This document shows positions 1 to 13,694 of a DNA stretch of 64,000 nt, one piece after another. Position 1 is the first letter of the stretch; each line of letters opens with the position of its first letter. Under the pieces are notes generated by a model that did no database searches, was not told the origin of the DNA, and was given only the letters and a program-made list of their open reading frames with translations. The DNA lies in NCBI GenBank assembly GCA_048013815.1, contig CM106586.1, positions 14,632,001 through 14,696,000 on the forward strand. The letters are read 5' to 3'. Position numbers and translations under genes: made by a program. This DNA comes from Setoptus koraiensis. Taxonomy: Eukaryota > Animalia > Arthropoda.

Positions 1-156
1 GCCAACCATTTGCCAAATCAGTATCAACGCCAGCAGCAGCAGCACCAATTCGCCTCCATGGCGCCGGACCAGAACGCGCCGCAAGCGCCCGACAACAACA
101 TCGCCGACCGGGCGCTCCAGTCGGCCACGCGCATGTTCGAGCGGCTGTGGCAGTGA
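1..156 (+). CDS. Possible 3' end of an unidentified gene running in from the left edge
   Basis: Frame 1 is open from base 1 to TGA at 154-156 (ANHLPNQYQRQQQQHQFASMAPDQNAPQAPDNNIADRALQSATRMFERLWQ*), with strongly C/G-ending codons. No family recognised. Confidence 0.45.
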   Translation, partial: ANHLPNQYQRQQQQHQFASMAPDQNAPQAPDNNIADRALQSATRMFERLWQ

Positions 157-1239
157 GGGGCGCCGCGCTCCGCGCTAGGCCGGCCCGAGCCGACGCGAGC
201 TGATGGGAGGCGACGGGAGCTGATGAGAGGCGACGGGAGCGGCCCGTGCCACAGGCCCGTATTATAAGCACAGTGACAGTCTGTCACTGACAGGTGACCG
301 GCTGACAGGCGAGTGGCGCCGTTTGACAGTTGTGACACTCGTGACGGACGCAACAAGTGCAATTGCAATTGCAGGTTACGCAACACACGCTATACTATAG
401 CGGCTATAGTTGATATGCTGCGCAGTGCGCTTGTTGAGTGCGATATGGCCGTAGTGTGGCGCACGATAATGCGCACAATGGTGCATGTAAAATACAATTT
501 AATATATATATATATATATATGATGTAATAGCAGCGAATGCAAAGCGGAAAATAAATGATGAATAATCGAGTTAAATCGAGCAACTGTGTAGAACAAATA
601 AACAAATAAACAAATAACGCGCACGCCGTGTCCCCGTTAGCCACTTACGCAACAAGTGCACCAGACAAACGCACCGTCGACGAGCAACAAACAAGCTAAT
701 TGGCAAGTGTAATTGGCAGTCGTAATGGGCAATCGTATAATAGTGAGCGATGGTAACAGGCAATTGTAAACAAACGAGCGCGACAAACAAGCAACGTAAA
801 CAACGGACTTACGTAAGCAGCGAGTCTGCTGTTGTTGAGTGACAAACTGAGCTGACAGTTGCGCAAGTGACAAGTGATTAAGTTTGATTGTGAGTTCAAG
901 TGACTCGACTGACACTGATGACATTGTGAGCGGCTCAATTCGTGCTGCTGGCATTATAATATCGGTATTGTCAGTCAGATGTACAAATCGACTGACAATA
1001 CATTGTGAGTCGCTGGTGGTGAGCCGAAGGGATTGTCGCAATTATTGTGTTCGCTGACATTAATGTGACATTATTGTTATTTTATTCACTGACAGAGATT
1101 GCGAGCCAATCGATGATGTCGACGATGATGATACCGATTCGACGCAATTGACACAATAAACGCTTGCCTGTGTCGACTGGCACACACTGGCACACACCAA
1201 CGGGGGCCGGACGTAATGACGGCTGCCCGTTGGGCCGGA

Positions 1240-1429
1240 TCTGGCACAGGTACCATCACTCAGGCAGCCAGCGAGCGTGTGAGATGGAGTGTGAAATGGA
1301 GTTCAACTTCCGCATTTTCGCGCATCAGCCCACTGCGGCGGCACATGTGCGCCGTCGGGCCGGCGCTGTGCGCCGGCCGGGATGAGCCGCACTCGGTCGG
1401 GCTGCCCGAGTGATGTTACCTGTGCCAGA
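1240..1429. other. Long hairpin / structured element with 30-bp inverted arms
   Basis: 1240-1269 (TCTGGCACAGGTACCATCACTCAGGCAGCC) is the reverse complement of 1400-1429 at 28/30 positions. The 130-nt interior holds further stems such as GGCCGGCGC-TGT-GCGCCGGCC. Confidence 0.75.
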
Positions 1430-1920
1430 CTCTTTGGAAGGCGAAACGGCGCAAAGGCCGGCTAACGGCCGGCGTCGTCATTATTATTATTACACAGTGA
1501 GTGTGTGTATTGCACAGTGTGGCTGACAATTGTGTGAGCCACTGACATTACGCAACACATACAACGTCTTGCATGCGACAGGTTGCCAGTGCGCCGGCCG
1601 AAACAACAATTGCATTACGTCAGTGGCGAGCGTTGGGCAAGGGCGGCCGCCGAGCGCAGTGTGTCACGTTTGTCAGAACTGGCTGGCCCGATTATGTGGC
1701 CGGTGTCGTCGCATTGAGTGGTATTGGGTCGCTGCGAGTCGTTGCGAGTCGTTGTGAGCCGGGCAATAATGCAGTTGGATATAATATGATATTATTGAAC
1801 ATTGTAGCAGCTCTCTGACATGCGCTATCGTGACGCCAGGCACCGGCGAGCGAGCGATTGAGACAATTGAATGATGCCAATGATGATGCCGCCGTTGGCG
1901 CTGTTGCGCAACAGTTGCAC

Positions 1921-2042
1921 TTGTCGTTGTTGCCGTCAGTGTTGTTGTCGTTGTTGTCGCTGTTGTTGTTTTCAGTGTTGCTGTCGCTGTTGTTGTTGTG
2001 GCTGTTGTCATTGTTGTCGTCGTCGTCGTTGTTGTTGTCGTT
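1921..2042. repeat. Imperfect (GTT/GTC/GCT)n microsatellite
   Basis: Directly visible trinucleotide array; produces spurious poly-T/V/L/C/N ORFs. Confidence 0.9.
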
Positions 2043-4304
2043 GGCGCAATAATGCAGTGCATGCACAGTTGTTGTGTGTGTCGGCATGGCGACGCGGTAC
2101 CGTCGACAGGGCACCACAATGGAGCGGCCGGCGAGCGGCCCGCCGACAGCACAGTCTCCCGACAGACAACACAGTCGCCCGACAACCCGCGCGGTGCCGC
2201 ATGCCCGTGATCCGCTGCCCTGTGCCCGCTATCGGCTGTTGGCGCCGACAAGCTTGCGGACCGCGGCTCACGGTTGCGCAACAGGGCAACCGGGCAACAG
2301 AGCCACCGGGCCAACAGCTGAAGGCGTCTGGCAACGGCCAGATCAGATGAGCGCTTGTTGACAAACAAGCGCTCTTGTCGCCAGCGCTCGTCTAACTGTC
2401 ACACTAACGGTGCAATCTGTCAGGTTGCGCTTGAAAAAAGCGGCAGCCAACCAACGGCAACTTGTTGGCCGCCGTTGGCGAGACCGATCGCTGCGCAAAC
2501 CGAGCAACGCAGACTAATGCCTAATGCAGACCGTTCAGCGGCAGCAGTCAGTGTTCGGTTACAATACCGATGGCGATACCGATGGCAGTGGTTGCGTAAT
2601 AGCTGCGCAGCAGCGGCAACAGTGCAAGCAGCAATGCAAGCAGCAATGCAGTAATAATTGCGCAATAACAAAAGTAGGTTAGCTGCTGTGAGCCACACAC
2701 GAGACGCTGGCCGTTATCTGTCACTTGACACAACAGCTGACTGGCTGACTGGCTGACGGTTGCGACTGTCACTGGCTCACTGACAGCCAGCGACAGTGCG
2801 TGTGTGCTTATGTCACTTTACCTGTGTTGCGCACAGGCTGTCAAACACAGCACAGTCAGCTGTGCGGCGCGCCGCACAGCTGACTGATCGCTAACAACTG
2901 TCATTAGTGGTCAGCTTGGCTCACAACTTTGGCTCACAAATCGGCTCACAATGTTTTGTTTGTCGACCCTCTGACAGAGAGTCTCTGTTGACTTTTTGGC
3001 AAACACTTTTTGCCCTCGTGGGCAATCCCGCAATTCAATTTCGACTCGGTGTGTGCACATTTCGCACAGCTCACTCGTTTGTGTGCAAAACTATTCGTGG
3101 GGCCCGCCGAATCAGGCCAAACAAACGCAAACACGAGAGCGAGCTGACAGGCGAAACGAGCGAGCAAAACAACCACGCGTTGCCACGACAACAACCGAGC
3201 TCATCTCTCGCCAGATCGATCAGCGCAGCCACCAGGTAACGGGGCACGTTTGTTTATGTGCTTGCGCAATCACCATAGACACAGGTGATTATTAGCTGTG
3301 CTGTTGTTGCAAAGTGGCTGCAACGCGCAGCGACAATGCCACTCACGTTATGCGAGTCAATTGGTCAATTTAGTTGAGTATGCACGAGACGGCCTCTAGC
3401 GAGCATCTAGCGACTGTCTGGCGCGGCCATTTGCGCTTCCGTCTTTTCCGTTGTGGCGCTGCATTCAATGGCAAATGATGCATTGGCCATGATGCAAAAC
3501 AACTAATCACACACTGGCAAGCAGACGAGCTCCCTTATGCAGACTGCGTATCGCGGAGCAACGGTGCCGACAGCGACACAAAAACTCAAAACGCTCATAA
3601 CTTACGAGTCATAAGGCACACGAAACGCTCACACAAGGCATTATTACGGCACAAACACGGATAAATTTTTAACAAAAACAGGGCCAACGGATGCAGTTGT
3701 TATCTGAGTGGCGCACAATGCAGTCGCCAGTTGGCGACAATGACGACGACGATAATGATACGACGTAGATACGCCAATGAGAAAGCGAGGCGGAAAATAG
3801 GATAGTTCCTGGAATGGGCACACGCAGCGAGCGAGCGAGAGCGAGGGGGCGCCCTCAGCGGCAGCCAGCGACAAAGCGAGCGCCAAAGTAAGTCAAGGTT
3901 GCCCCTAATAGCTGCTACTTCCGCTGTCCGCTGCAAGGCGCGCTGGCAAGCTACGCCAGCGACTCGCTAGTAGCGCTATGTAGTAGCGAGTGTAGGCGCG
4001 CTGGCAAGCGAGTGGCAGGCGAGTATCAAGCGAGCGGCAAGCTCGCAGTGGCGCTTTGGCGCGGTTAACGCGGCCGCCGGCCCGACGGTGGCAACCCTTT
4101 CACTTGGCACAGGCAGTGTGTTTATGTGACACGACGAAATACGCCGAGTGGCAACATTGGCATCTCGTCTCATTTGCTCACTTTAAACTACTTTGCACTC
4201 ACTACTTTGTCAGTAGGGCACGCTCAGCTGACGCGACACACTCGCGAGTCAGCTGAGCGGGGCCAGGTAACAGGGACGCAGCCAGCGGCAGCCAACAGCG
4301 ACAG

Positions 4305-4416
4305 CCAACAGCGACGTCGAACAACAACAGCGACGTCGAACAACAACAGCGACGTCGAACAACAACAGCGACGTCGAACAACAACAGCGACTGCGAACAA
4401 CAACAGCGACTGCGAA
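4305..4416. repeat. 19-bp minisatellite, about 6 copies, with palindromic core CGACGTCG
   Basis: GCGACGTCGA starts at 4311, 4330, 4349 and 4368; variant GCGACTGCGA starts at 4387 and 4406. Confidence 0.9.
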
Positions 4417-5084
4417 GGGCGACGGTGAACAGCGACTGTAAACAACGACGGTAAACAACGACAGCAGCAGCGACAGTAACAGCGACAGTAACAGCGACAG
4501 TGAACAACGACAGAGACAGACCCAGTTAGACAATCAGTCAGTTTGTGGCACTGTCAAGTGCACGCAAACTGGCTTGCCAATAACTGTCGCTGCCGTCAGC
4601 GACAATGACTGACATCTTCGCGCACACAACGCACACACAACGGCGCTGGCAAGACGTTGCATGCGTTTATATTTATACCCCGGCTGGCTGATTTTATCTG
4701 TTGTGCGAACGCCACTTTTATGGCCACACATAACGGCTGTCGTGATTGTCGTAAATTGGCTGTCGCGTCGCTGTTGCGTTGTAGGCAGCGTTGCATTGGG
4801 CCGCTTTCACTTGACTTTACTTTGTCGGCCGGCCATTTAGCCACTTGGCCATTGTTGCCCGTCGTGCGGCTCGCACAACAACACCGACAACCACCGACAA
4901 CCACCGCACCTCGGACGGGCTCGCCGTTCAGTTAGCGCCGAGCCGCCGGCCCGATCGCCGGCCGGCCAGTCAACCGGTCAGCTGTTCGGCGAATGCAAAT
5001 CTGCGCTGCCATCAATCTTGTGTGTCTGTGTGTTGCTGTTGTTGGCCACGTCAGGCCGGCCAACCGGTGCCGTGGTCGTTGCTG

Positions 5085-5950
5085 TTGTTGTCGTTGTTGT
5101 TGTTGTTGTTGCTGTCGTTGTTGTTGTTGTTGTTGCTGTCGTTGTTGTTGCTGCTGGCGGCCGGCGAGTGCGAGCGATAATCAGTTATTATCAATCGTTA
5201 TTATTTGTGGCTCGCTCGCCAATCAGCTGACGGTGCTCGCAGTCATCGCGCAACCAGCGATTGTGATTAGCCAGCCCGCGATTGTGATTAGCCAGCCAGT
5301 CAGCCAGCCAGCGAGCTGATGCCTGCCAGTGCATTGGCTCACGCCGATCCTTGGCTGCCCGTCGCCGCTCTAAACTGGCTCGCCACTGGCCACTGACAGT
5401 AGTTAAATGAGGCTCGTTAACTCTCGCTCTTCCATCTTTTATTTCGCCTTTCACATCTCTTACATAACGGCAGCAACCTGTTGTTGTTGTTGTTGCTGTT
5501 GTTGTTGGCGTCGTTGTTGTTGCTGTTGTTGTTGGCGTCGTTGTTGGCGCCGCCGTTGCCATTGTTGCGTGATCGGTCGCTGTGGTGAGCGGTGCCATGT
5601 GAGCGGGCCGCCTATCCCGACACACAATAGTGTTGCGCAATTTCGCTTGCATCAGTCGCCTCATTGCGACCCGTCTCAACTGGCTGACTGGCAAACTCTG
5701 CCACTGACACAAGCACCGACTCAAGCGCCGACACAAGCGCTAGTTGAGCGCACTGCCAGCGACCAGGCTAACTAGTTGCCAGCGTCTTGCCAGTGTTTGT
5801 ATGGCGAGACTGTGTTTGTATGGCAAGACGCGAACGGCAAGGCTGCCGCCGCTGCTGTTAGGGCTGCTGCTGTCGTTGTTGTTGTTGTTGTCGAGGCTGC
5901 CGTCGTTGTTGCTGTTGCTGCTGTCGTTGTTGCTGTTGTTGTTGTTGTTA
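5085..5950. repeat. Three (GTT/GCT)n microsatellite blocks (about 5085-5155, 5478-5560, 5870-5950)
   Basis: Directly visible trinucleotide arrays. Confidence 0.85.
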
Positions 5951-7252
5951 TGGCCGCCGCTCAATGGGACGGCAGCAGCGGCGACGTAAGTTGTTTTTAT
6001 TTGCTGCACACGCTGACCTACATTCTATTCATTCGCTCTCTGGGCTATGCCGGGCACGCCGATCGCCCTGGCAATCACAATCCGTCTCATCTGATCCTGT
6101 CGAACGGTTCTTTGGCGTTCCTTGGCGGCGCCGTTGGCCGTCGCCCGTTCGCTCGCTGGCTGGTTGGCTCGTCTGCTCCATCTTGGCGCTCTCTGTGTCG
6201 CCGTCGCAAGCTCAATCTCAAGCTCAACTTCTCTCCCTGGCAGCAACGACGCCAACAACAACGACAACAACAGCGGCAACGAGCGCCGCAACTGGCACAA
6301 CTGGCGCAACTAGTGCGACGGCCGGCTCGGCATGAGTAGCGCAACGGTAAGGCTACTCATGCGTTTCCATCATTGTTTGTTACGTAACTGCGTCCACTGC
6401 AACACGACAAACAGTTGCTGGCGTCCATTTTGGGTCTCGCCTTGGCTCTTTCTCATGGACACACACACACACACACACACACGCCATTCCGGCATGGCCG
6501 GCATTTTGCTGGCCACCTCCGCCCGACAAACTAAACATACACACACACACACACACACACGTTTGCCATGTGTGTGTCCCGGCTTCGGGTGACGCCAAAT
6601 CTAGCCGGCCAAATCTAGCTGGCCAAAGCCGGCTCGCCAAAGCCGGCTCGCCAAGCTTGCGTGATGCCGGCCGGCCCGGCTGTCGCTGGCGGCTCGCCGG
6701 CGTCGCTCGGTCATCGTGCTACGTGCATTTGTTGCGCATAACAAGCGGTCTAATTAGATCACTTATGGGTGCACTTACGCAATCAATGCAACCAGCCGGC
6801 GGATCTCGACGCGGGGGCCCCAAGTGGCGCCCCTCTCGCGTCGTATCTTTGCGTGGCCGCCTCTCAAACCGTTTGGTCATGGCGAAATGTTGTCAAGCCC
6901 ATGCCGTGCTGACGCACGTGAGCCACTTGCACGGCAATTGCACGCAATTACGCAACGCGCTTACAACAACAAATTCAGTTGAGCTAATTATCGGCACGAA
7001 CGGTGATTGTGGCAATTAGCACGCATTGCGCAAACAAACGTCACAATTTGTGACTCACAAACGTGTCACGTCGTCACAGCGTCGTTGTGACGGATAGGCG
7101 ACAACAGAGCGGCGACAACGGAACGACGACAACGGAACGACGACAGCGCAATGACGACAACAGAATGACGGCACAACGTAACGGTAAATCACCGTTATGC
7201 GAGCAGCAGGTGCGAGCTGCCCGCTTGCCCGTTGTTCCTGTCGTTGGTCCTA

Positions 7253-7358
7253 CCGGCGCAACGAACCGGCCCGACCGGCGCAACGAACCGGCCCGACTGG
7301 AGCAAACGAGCGGCCCGAGCGGCGCGAACAAGCGGCCCGAGCAGCGCAAACAAACGGC
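7253..7358. repeat. 22-bp minisatellite, about 5 diverging copies
   Basis: CCGGCGCAACGAACCGGCCCGA is exact at 7253 and 7275, with degenerate copies at 7297, 7319 and 7341. Confidence 0.85.
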
Positions 7359-8451
7359 ATTGCGTCGCCGTGCTTGTTGCGCCCGGCCTCACAGTAGGCG
7401 TCACATCGAGGCTGTGCCGTCCCGCTCGCAGCTAGCTCGCCAAGTCGCACTGTCACAAATGTTGTGCACGCGTGCTTGGAACAACGTACGCCAGGGCGGC
7501 GCGACTGCGCCCCATCGGCGGCCACTGCGAGCCCAGACCAGAACTGTCCAGTCGAACTGTGACTGTCACAGTCCAATTATGGGACTGCGAGCGGGTCGAC
7601 TTCGGGCCGCAGGCCGTCAGCGCCCCCCAGCGTACGGTGCGAGGAAGCGTCGCGCAAAGGATGAGCACGGCGGCACAGACACGCCATTGGCAGCACATTG
7701 TCTAGCTAACTGAATCAGTTGAACTGATCGACTAACTGCAGTTTGTGCGCGGCTCGCCACTCGCCTCTCGCAACAGTGTGCAGTTGTGGCATCTACAGTC
7801 CATTGGCAGCGCATTGGCATCGAGTGAAAAATAACTGGCACAACGAGACAGCGCGCCGTTGCGCAAGTTGAGTCCGCCAGCAAACCGAACAACAGAGCAG
7901 CGCTTGTCGTGTTGCGCAATCGCACCGAAGTGCGCAACCTGGCGAACCGCATGGTCTCAACAGTGCACAACAGTTTGCACAGCAACTGCACAGTTTTCAA
8001 CCCAACAGTAACTGTGAACTGTTGAGCACAGCAGTCACTGTTGAGCTGCCGGCCGCGCCGCTTGTCAAGCAAACGCAACAGTGCGGACAAGCTAGCGAAT
8101 TTGCGACGTTGCGCCGTTTGCGTTGCCGTTACTTGTCGCTGGCCTGCGTGTGTCTTGTTGCTGTTGTGGCAACTTTTTTATCGCAACTCGCTCAACGGGC
8201 GACTCACAGACGACGATGGCGCGACTCAACTCTTTGAGTCTCCGCCATGACACCAAAGAGTGGCTGAGTCCGCCCGACTCTGTTAGTTAGTCTGTTAGTT
8301 GGTCCGGGCCGACGGCTGCTAGCAGAGTGTGCGGCTGGCGGAGCCCGCGGCTGGCAGAGTCCGCACTCTGTCGCTGGCGGAGTCCGCGGTGCAGCGCTGA
8401 GTCGGGCGACTGGCACAGTTGCGCCGAGTAGCGGCACTTGAGCCCGGTCGT

Positions 8452-8510
8452 GTGTAGTACACACTGTGTAGTGCACAGTGTGTAGTGCACAGTGTGTAGT
8501 GCACAGTGTG
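8452..8510. repeat. 14-bp tandem repeat GTGTAGTGCACAGT, about 4 copies
   Basis: Exact copies at 8466, 8480 and 8494; variant copy at 8452. Confidence 0.9.
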
Positions 8511-9855
8511 GAGCGGCCGCGACGAGCCGCCAGGTAGCGTCAGGTGGGCCCGCGACTCGGCTGAGCTCACCTGAGCTCAGCTGAGTCTTGTGCGAGTGTG
8601 TGTGTGTGCGCGGAATATGCGTTCATTCGGCGTCGCATATTCGGGCTAGTGGTCGGCGTCGTACAGTGTTATACACAGTACAGTGTTGGCCATACGTACA
8701 GTGCACAGCGCAACAGCATATCGGCTGCCGAACAAGCCTACGCTGCACCGTATTGAGCACATTCTACTACATGCATAGTACAGTGCACCGCAGTGAGCGT
8801 ATCTGCATACTCAGTGCGAATTGTGAGTGTTACTCGGGCATCATTAGCCACAGGCAAACAACGAACACAGTGAGAACGTAGACAGAGGCGAAATTGTGCA
8901 AATTGAGCGAATTTTATTGTGCGAAATATCGGCAAATATCGCCAGAGCAATTGTAATTATCCGACCAGATTAGTGGACAACAACAGCAGCAGCAACAGCG
9001 CGTCGCAATCAAGAGCGAGCAGCAGCGAGCAACAGCGAAACGCAAACAAAAACGCAAACAAAAACAACGCACAGCTGAGTGACACAACAGCGCACATTCG
9101 GTGACAGTCGGCGACCAGTGGCCGCCAGCACCAAAAATACGCCAACCGACAATACACAAGCAACAATCGACACTCGACCAGCAACCTGCCACAATAACGG
9201 CATTTCGTGAAAATACGCAAACACTACAGACACACAAGCGACAAGCGACAAGTGAAGCAACAAGTAACATGGACAACAAATCCCTTCTGCTCATTCAACT
9301 CGGGAAGCCAGCACACAGAATCAAACAGAAGAAATGAGAAGAGGCCAGTCTCGTCGGCGAGCCGGTAAGTAACAACAGCAGTGAGCGACGATAATGCCGA
9401 CAATACCGATGATACCGATAATACCGATAATAGCGTGGCGCAATGATATCACTGTAATAGTGTGATGGCAACAACATCGCGCCAGCGATAGTGTCGCCAC
9501 CGTGCAATTCGCTGACAATTTTGACAATTGTGAGCCCGACACACCGAACGCCGACGCACCGAACGCCCACAGAGCCCGGGTTGTGAGCCCGAGAGACAAA
9601 GGACGCACGGTCTGCAGCGGCGCTTTAAATGGCCGCTTTAAATGGCCCTCCGCTCGCCTCGAGTCACTCGAGTGCCCGCTGCTCGCTGCGCCGCGCAACG
9701 CTGAGCCGTCGTGCGTGTGCCGGTTTGTGCGCCGCCGTCTGTGCCGCGGCGGCCCCTTGCGCGTACACATATAACGCTGTGATAGCACTGCTATTGTAGC
9801 ACTGCTCCAGTTGCGCGGCCCGCCGGGGCCCGCAGTTCGGTCTGTGCGCCATGTA

Positions 9856-9922
9856 CAATCATTGTAACGCAAACATTGTAACGCAATCATCGTAACGCAA
9901 TCATTGTAACGCAATCATTGTA
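9856..9922. repeat. 14-bp tandem repeat CAATCATTGTAACG, about 5 copies
   Basis: Copies at 9856, 9870, 9884, 9898 and a partial copy at 9912. Confidence 0.9.
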
Positions 9923-12900
9923 TTACAATGTTGCGCGCGGCTGTCAAACGGGCGCGGGCCGCTCGCAGCTTGCGGGTCGCAAGTTGTCAGCGTGTTGCTC
10001 GTCGTCCGTTCGTCTGCGGCGCCCGCACAAAGCCAACGAGCGGCTGTTGCGCAACAATGTCGATGCTCGAGTTTGCCAGCGTCGGTAGCAGCGGCGCCGG
10101 CGCCAGTAAAGCGAGCCGATAATGGCGATGCCAATTACGCCAATTCCACTATCCCGGCCGCCACACACACCCAGTGTCACACTGCCAGTTTATATGCCAG
10201 TTTGTATGCCAGTGTGACACTGGCTGGCAAGCGAGCAAGAGCGATTTGGCGGCTGATGCGCTGCGCTAACAAATTGTAAATTGACTCGACGCGCACCGGC
10301 GTCTTGCTCGGCGAGTTGCTTGCAGCGCGACGGCATAACTGTGCCGACGGCCACTCATGTGTCGCCTTGATAATATCAAGTTGATACAAACAAATTCAAA
10401 TTTCAGCAGCCAGCGACTGTCGCTCGGCCCGCTCGCCATATCGCACACCAACGGCTGACAAGGGGCTCGGCAGTGCGAGCACAATGCCAAGCTCGACCCG
10501 GCCCAGAATTTCACATTTGTTAGCAATTGAACACTCGGCTGGCTGTGTCACCGAGCTGCCGTTGCGTAACACATGCAAATATTACACATTGGCTGGCATG
10601 AGTTGTGCCGCTGCAAGCAGCCCAATGCATGTATAACTTATACAGACTGTGCAATACAGTATAAGTGCACACGTACATTGGCCCCCTTTTTCGGCGCCTC
10701 GAGTTCTGTTCGAGCGAGATCCGACAGGGCGGCGCCGCTCTGCTTGCAGGCCAAAGCAGGCAGCGGGCAGCTCGCACAGACAAGCTTGTCAGTTGCGGCT
10801 GTGTGACACACACAGCCTGTGGCAGGCACATGGGCGATGCTCGCCTCGCGCACCGGCCCGCGGCACGCAGTCTGCGACTCACACGCTGTGACTCGCTCGC
10901 TGTGGGGCAATCAAAGAGATAAAATATTTCACGAGACAGTCTGACCTCTGCTGCAACACTCTCAACGATGCGCGCGCCTCTGGCGGACCGTCCGTGAACG
11001 GAAACCGGAGTAACGACGCACAAGCGACGCACACAAATGCAAAGTGCCAAGCTAGCTGAAAAGTGTTAACCTTGACTTTGCCACCAGTAGCAGTTGCGTT
11101 AGCGTGTATTAATGACAATCATCTGTTGTCTGTGTAGCTCACTTATCGAGGGCATGCACTCTCACCGTACTAGCACTAGTACTAGTGACAGTTTTTATTG
11201 TGCCATCTGCTGTCGCTGTTGCTGCTGTTGCGGCTACATTTGTAAACATTTCAACACAGGCGGCTCGTTGCCAGTTGCAACTGACATTCGGCTCACAATT
11301 GTCAGCTGTTGCCGCCAACACTGCGCTGGCCTGTTGCGCAATCATTGATCGCTGATCAATGGCAATCAGGTTGCGTATACCAAGCAGGTAACAAGTCGTC
11401 AGTTGGGCTCGAAAAAGGCCGCTTGCCGCCGCCGCGGTGTGCGTCCGTGAATGTTTCATGAGTGTTGGCTGGACGCGGATGTGGAAACATTCGCAGTTGT
11501 CAGTGTTTTTAATGCGTCGAGTGCGGCCGTTCGCGATGACCACAAGCAGCGGTCGAGCGACAGTTGATTTTTGCAATTAATCATGATGTTGCGATGAGTC
11601 ATGATGTCTCGTCGCTCACAGACTCCAAGTTGGAGTGACGCCGATTGATACTTTGCATTGTTTCAAGCGTTGAAATTCAACGGGGTGTCCCAGCTGATAG
11701 CTGGCGGCTATCGCATGCGTGTAGCGCAACACAATTTGCTATTTGCTATTCACACGACTCGTTTATGACACACGATGATGAGTACAAGACTCGTAACGAG
11801 AGCGCGGTCTCGTGCGCAAACAAGTGCACGCTCATTAGCGCTGCTGTGAGCAACATGAACAACAACGACAACAAAAACATACACGAGCACTGTGTGAAGT
11901 TGACGAGACGAGTGCGCAATATTGCTGCCAAAACGGCTTGCCAATTAAGAGCGGCGGTGACTGTTGATGGGATTGTGTGACTAACTGACTTTGTATCTGT
12001 TGTGGCACAACTTGTGCCCGACAGTTGCCAACTGCACCGCCAGTGTATCAGGGCCACTTTGGCACAGTCTGCCGGTATAATAATACCATACTATAATAAT
12101 GGCATACAGTTTAGTGTGCGGTTTGGAGAGAGAGAGATTTTACAATATTTTTGCTAGCGCACACTGCCCAAACAGGTTCATCTCTGGCAAGCGCACACAC
12201 GCATGATACGCTGCCGAGTGTGCGCAGCGTTGTGTGTGTGTGTTGCAAGTTGCAACTCTTTGCATAGCCAAAATTATTGCGTCTTGTTTGCGTGGCGACC
12301 TCAATTTGGAGCTCCGTCAGGCGGCGCTGCGCGCCGCAGCCACAAGTGGTTGCGCCGGCCAGCGCCGGCGACCCAGCCAGTGCCGCCGACACACACACAT
12401 GCGCTGCGGTGGCTAGGAAAGAGGTTAGTCATGATGATGGGCTGCTGTTGTTGCCTGAGAGCTTTGCACTGCACAGTTCGGAGAACAAATTAATAATATT
12501 GCACTCGCCAGTGCACTCGCCAGCGCGCTTGCATCATGCGCTGCCGCATGTGATGCCGCATGCGACGCAGCATCACTGATGCTGCACGCTGGACACGGCA
12601 CAACAGCGACTGTTGCAAACAGCGACTGTTGGACGGTGCGACAGCGCTGCTGTCGGTGTCCGCCGTTGTGGCCACAACAGACAACGGATTGTAGCTGCTG
12701 GCGTTGGTAGCCCGACAACAGCGACCGACAGGCAAACAATAACACAGACACATCGCCAGTCACTGGCGCGCTAGACTCCAGCAGCCAGAGTCCACTGGGC
12801 AGTAGAGTGACTGGTATTACTAGTTGCGGCCACTGTCGTAGCGACTGTACAGTGTGGACACATGTTTGCAATGTGATGGCCGGCCGTCTGGCCGTTGACG

Positions 12901-13555
12901 TCTAGCGTGTCCCGTGCCGCATGTGTAGCAGCACCGTCTGCTGCCCGCTGGCTGCGCATTTTGGCCTCTGTGCGTCACATGTGTTTGCGCGCACTTTGCA
13001 TCAGATTGCTGTTGTTGCCGAGTGTTGTTGTTGTTGTTAATATTGTAATCTCGATATTAACAAGCGCCTGGTCCACTGCACCTATTAATAGTCGCCCATT
13101 TTGTATATTAAATTGTATATATTGTGTTGCCGGTTAAATATAGCCGCGTTGCCGTCTGGCCTTTAACTGGCCTTTCATCACGCGCTGCCGGATGATTCAG
13201 CGTGAATTTCTAGTGCCTTCATGCTGTATGCCCACTGTGACAGCAGTTGTGTGATGAGCAGCACTGATGAGGAATAAGCACCTATATAAATTTGCACACA
13301 TGCGAGCAGTAGCACACACACACACACACAAATTGTTGTTATCTCGTTGATCGGCTCGCGTTGGAGTCACCGATTGAGAGAGTTGTTGCGAGCGCCACCG
13401 TCAAACACTTTTTAGAGATTATTCTCGCTGCCAGCTTGCGATTTGCTTACGTTGATTTGTCTCTAGATTTGGCTGCTCGGCAGTCTGGCAGCTAAACTGG
13501 CAGCTCGACTAGCTGCTGGAGTGTGGATAGACCGCGACCGTGCCGACACAACGAG

Positions 13556-13694
13556 TCGTACGCCGTGTGGATACCGTGGTCGTGTGGATACCAAAGAGTG
13601 GATACCGAAGAGTGCATACCAAAGCGTGGGTACCAAAGTGTGGATACCATACGTTGCGGTATCCACACGACTACGGTATCTACGCGGCGTGCGA
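13556..13694. repeat. GTGGATACC tandem array with inverted terminal copies (foldback)
   Basis: Several GTG(G/C)ATACC-like units in 13566-13648; 13556-13592 pairs with 13658-13694 over 37 bp, 4 of them G-T pairs. Confidence 0.8.

Noticed and set aside
3888-9370. Isolated GTAAGT donors at 3888, 5986 and 9365 after short ORFs (for example MRRGQSRRRA and a Leu-rich signal-like stretch)
   Set aside because: Frequency is near chance, the Leu run is a (GTT)n frame, and I could not build a phase-consistent gene.
11441-11494. Apparent H-type pseudoknot (GCGTCC/GGACGC with GAATGTTTC/GAAACATTC)
   Set aside because: Short stems are expected by chance in 64 kb; there is no ORF or proper slippery site.
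13521-13690. CRISPR-like appearance of the GTGGATACC array
   Set aside because: Units are about 9-17 bp with no unique spacers, there are no cas genes, and the context is eukaryotic.
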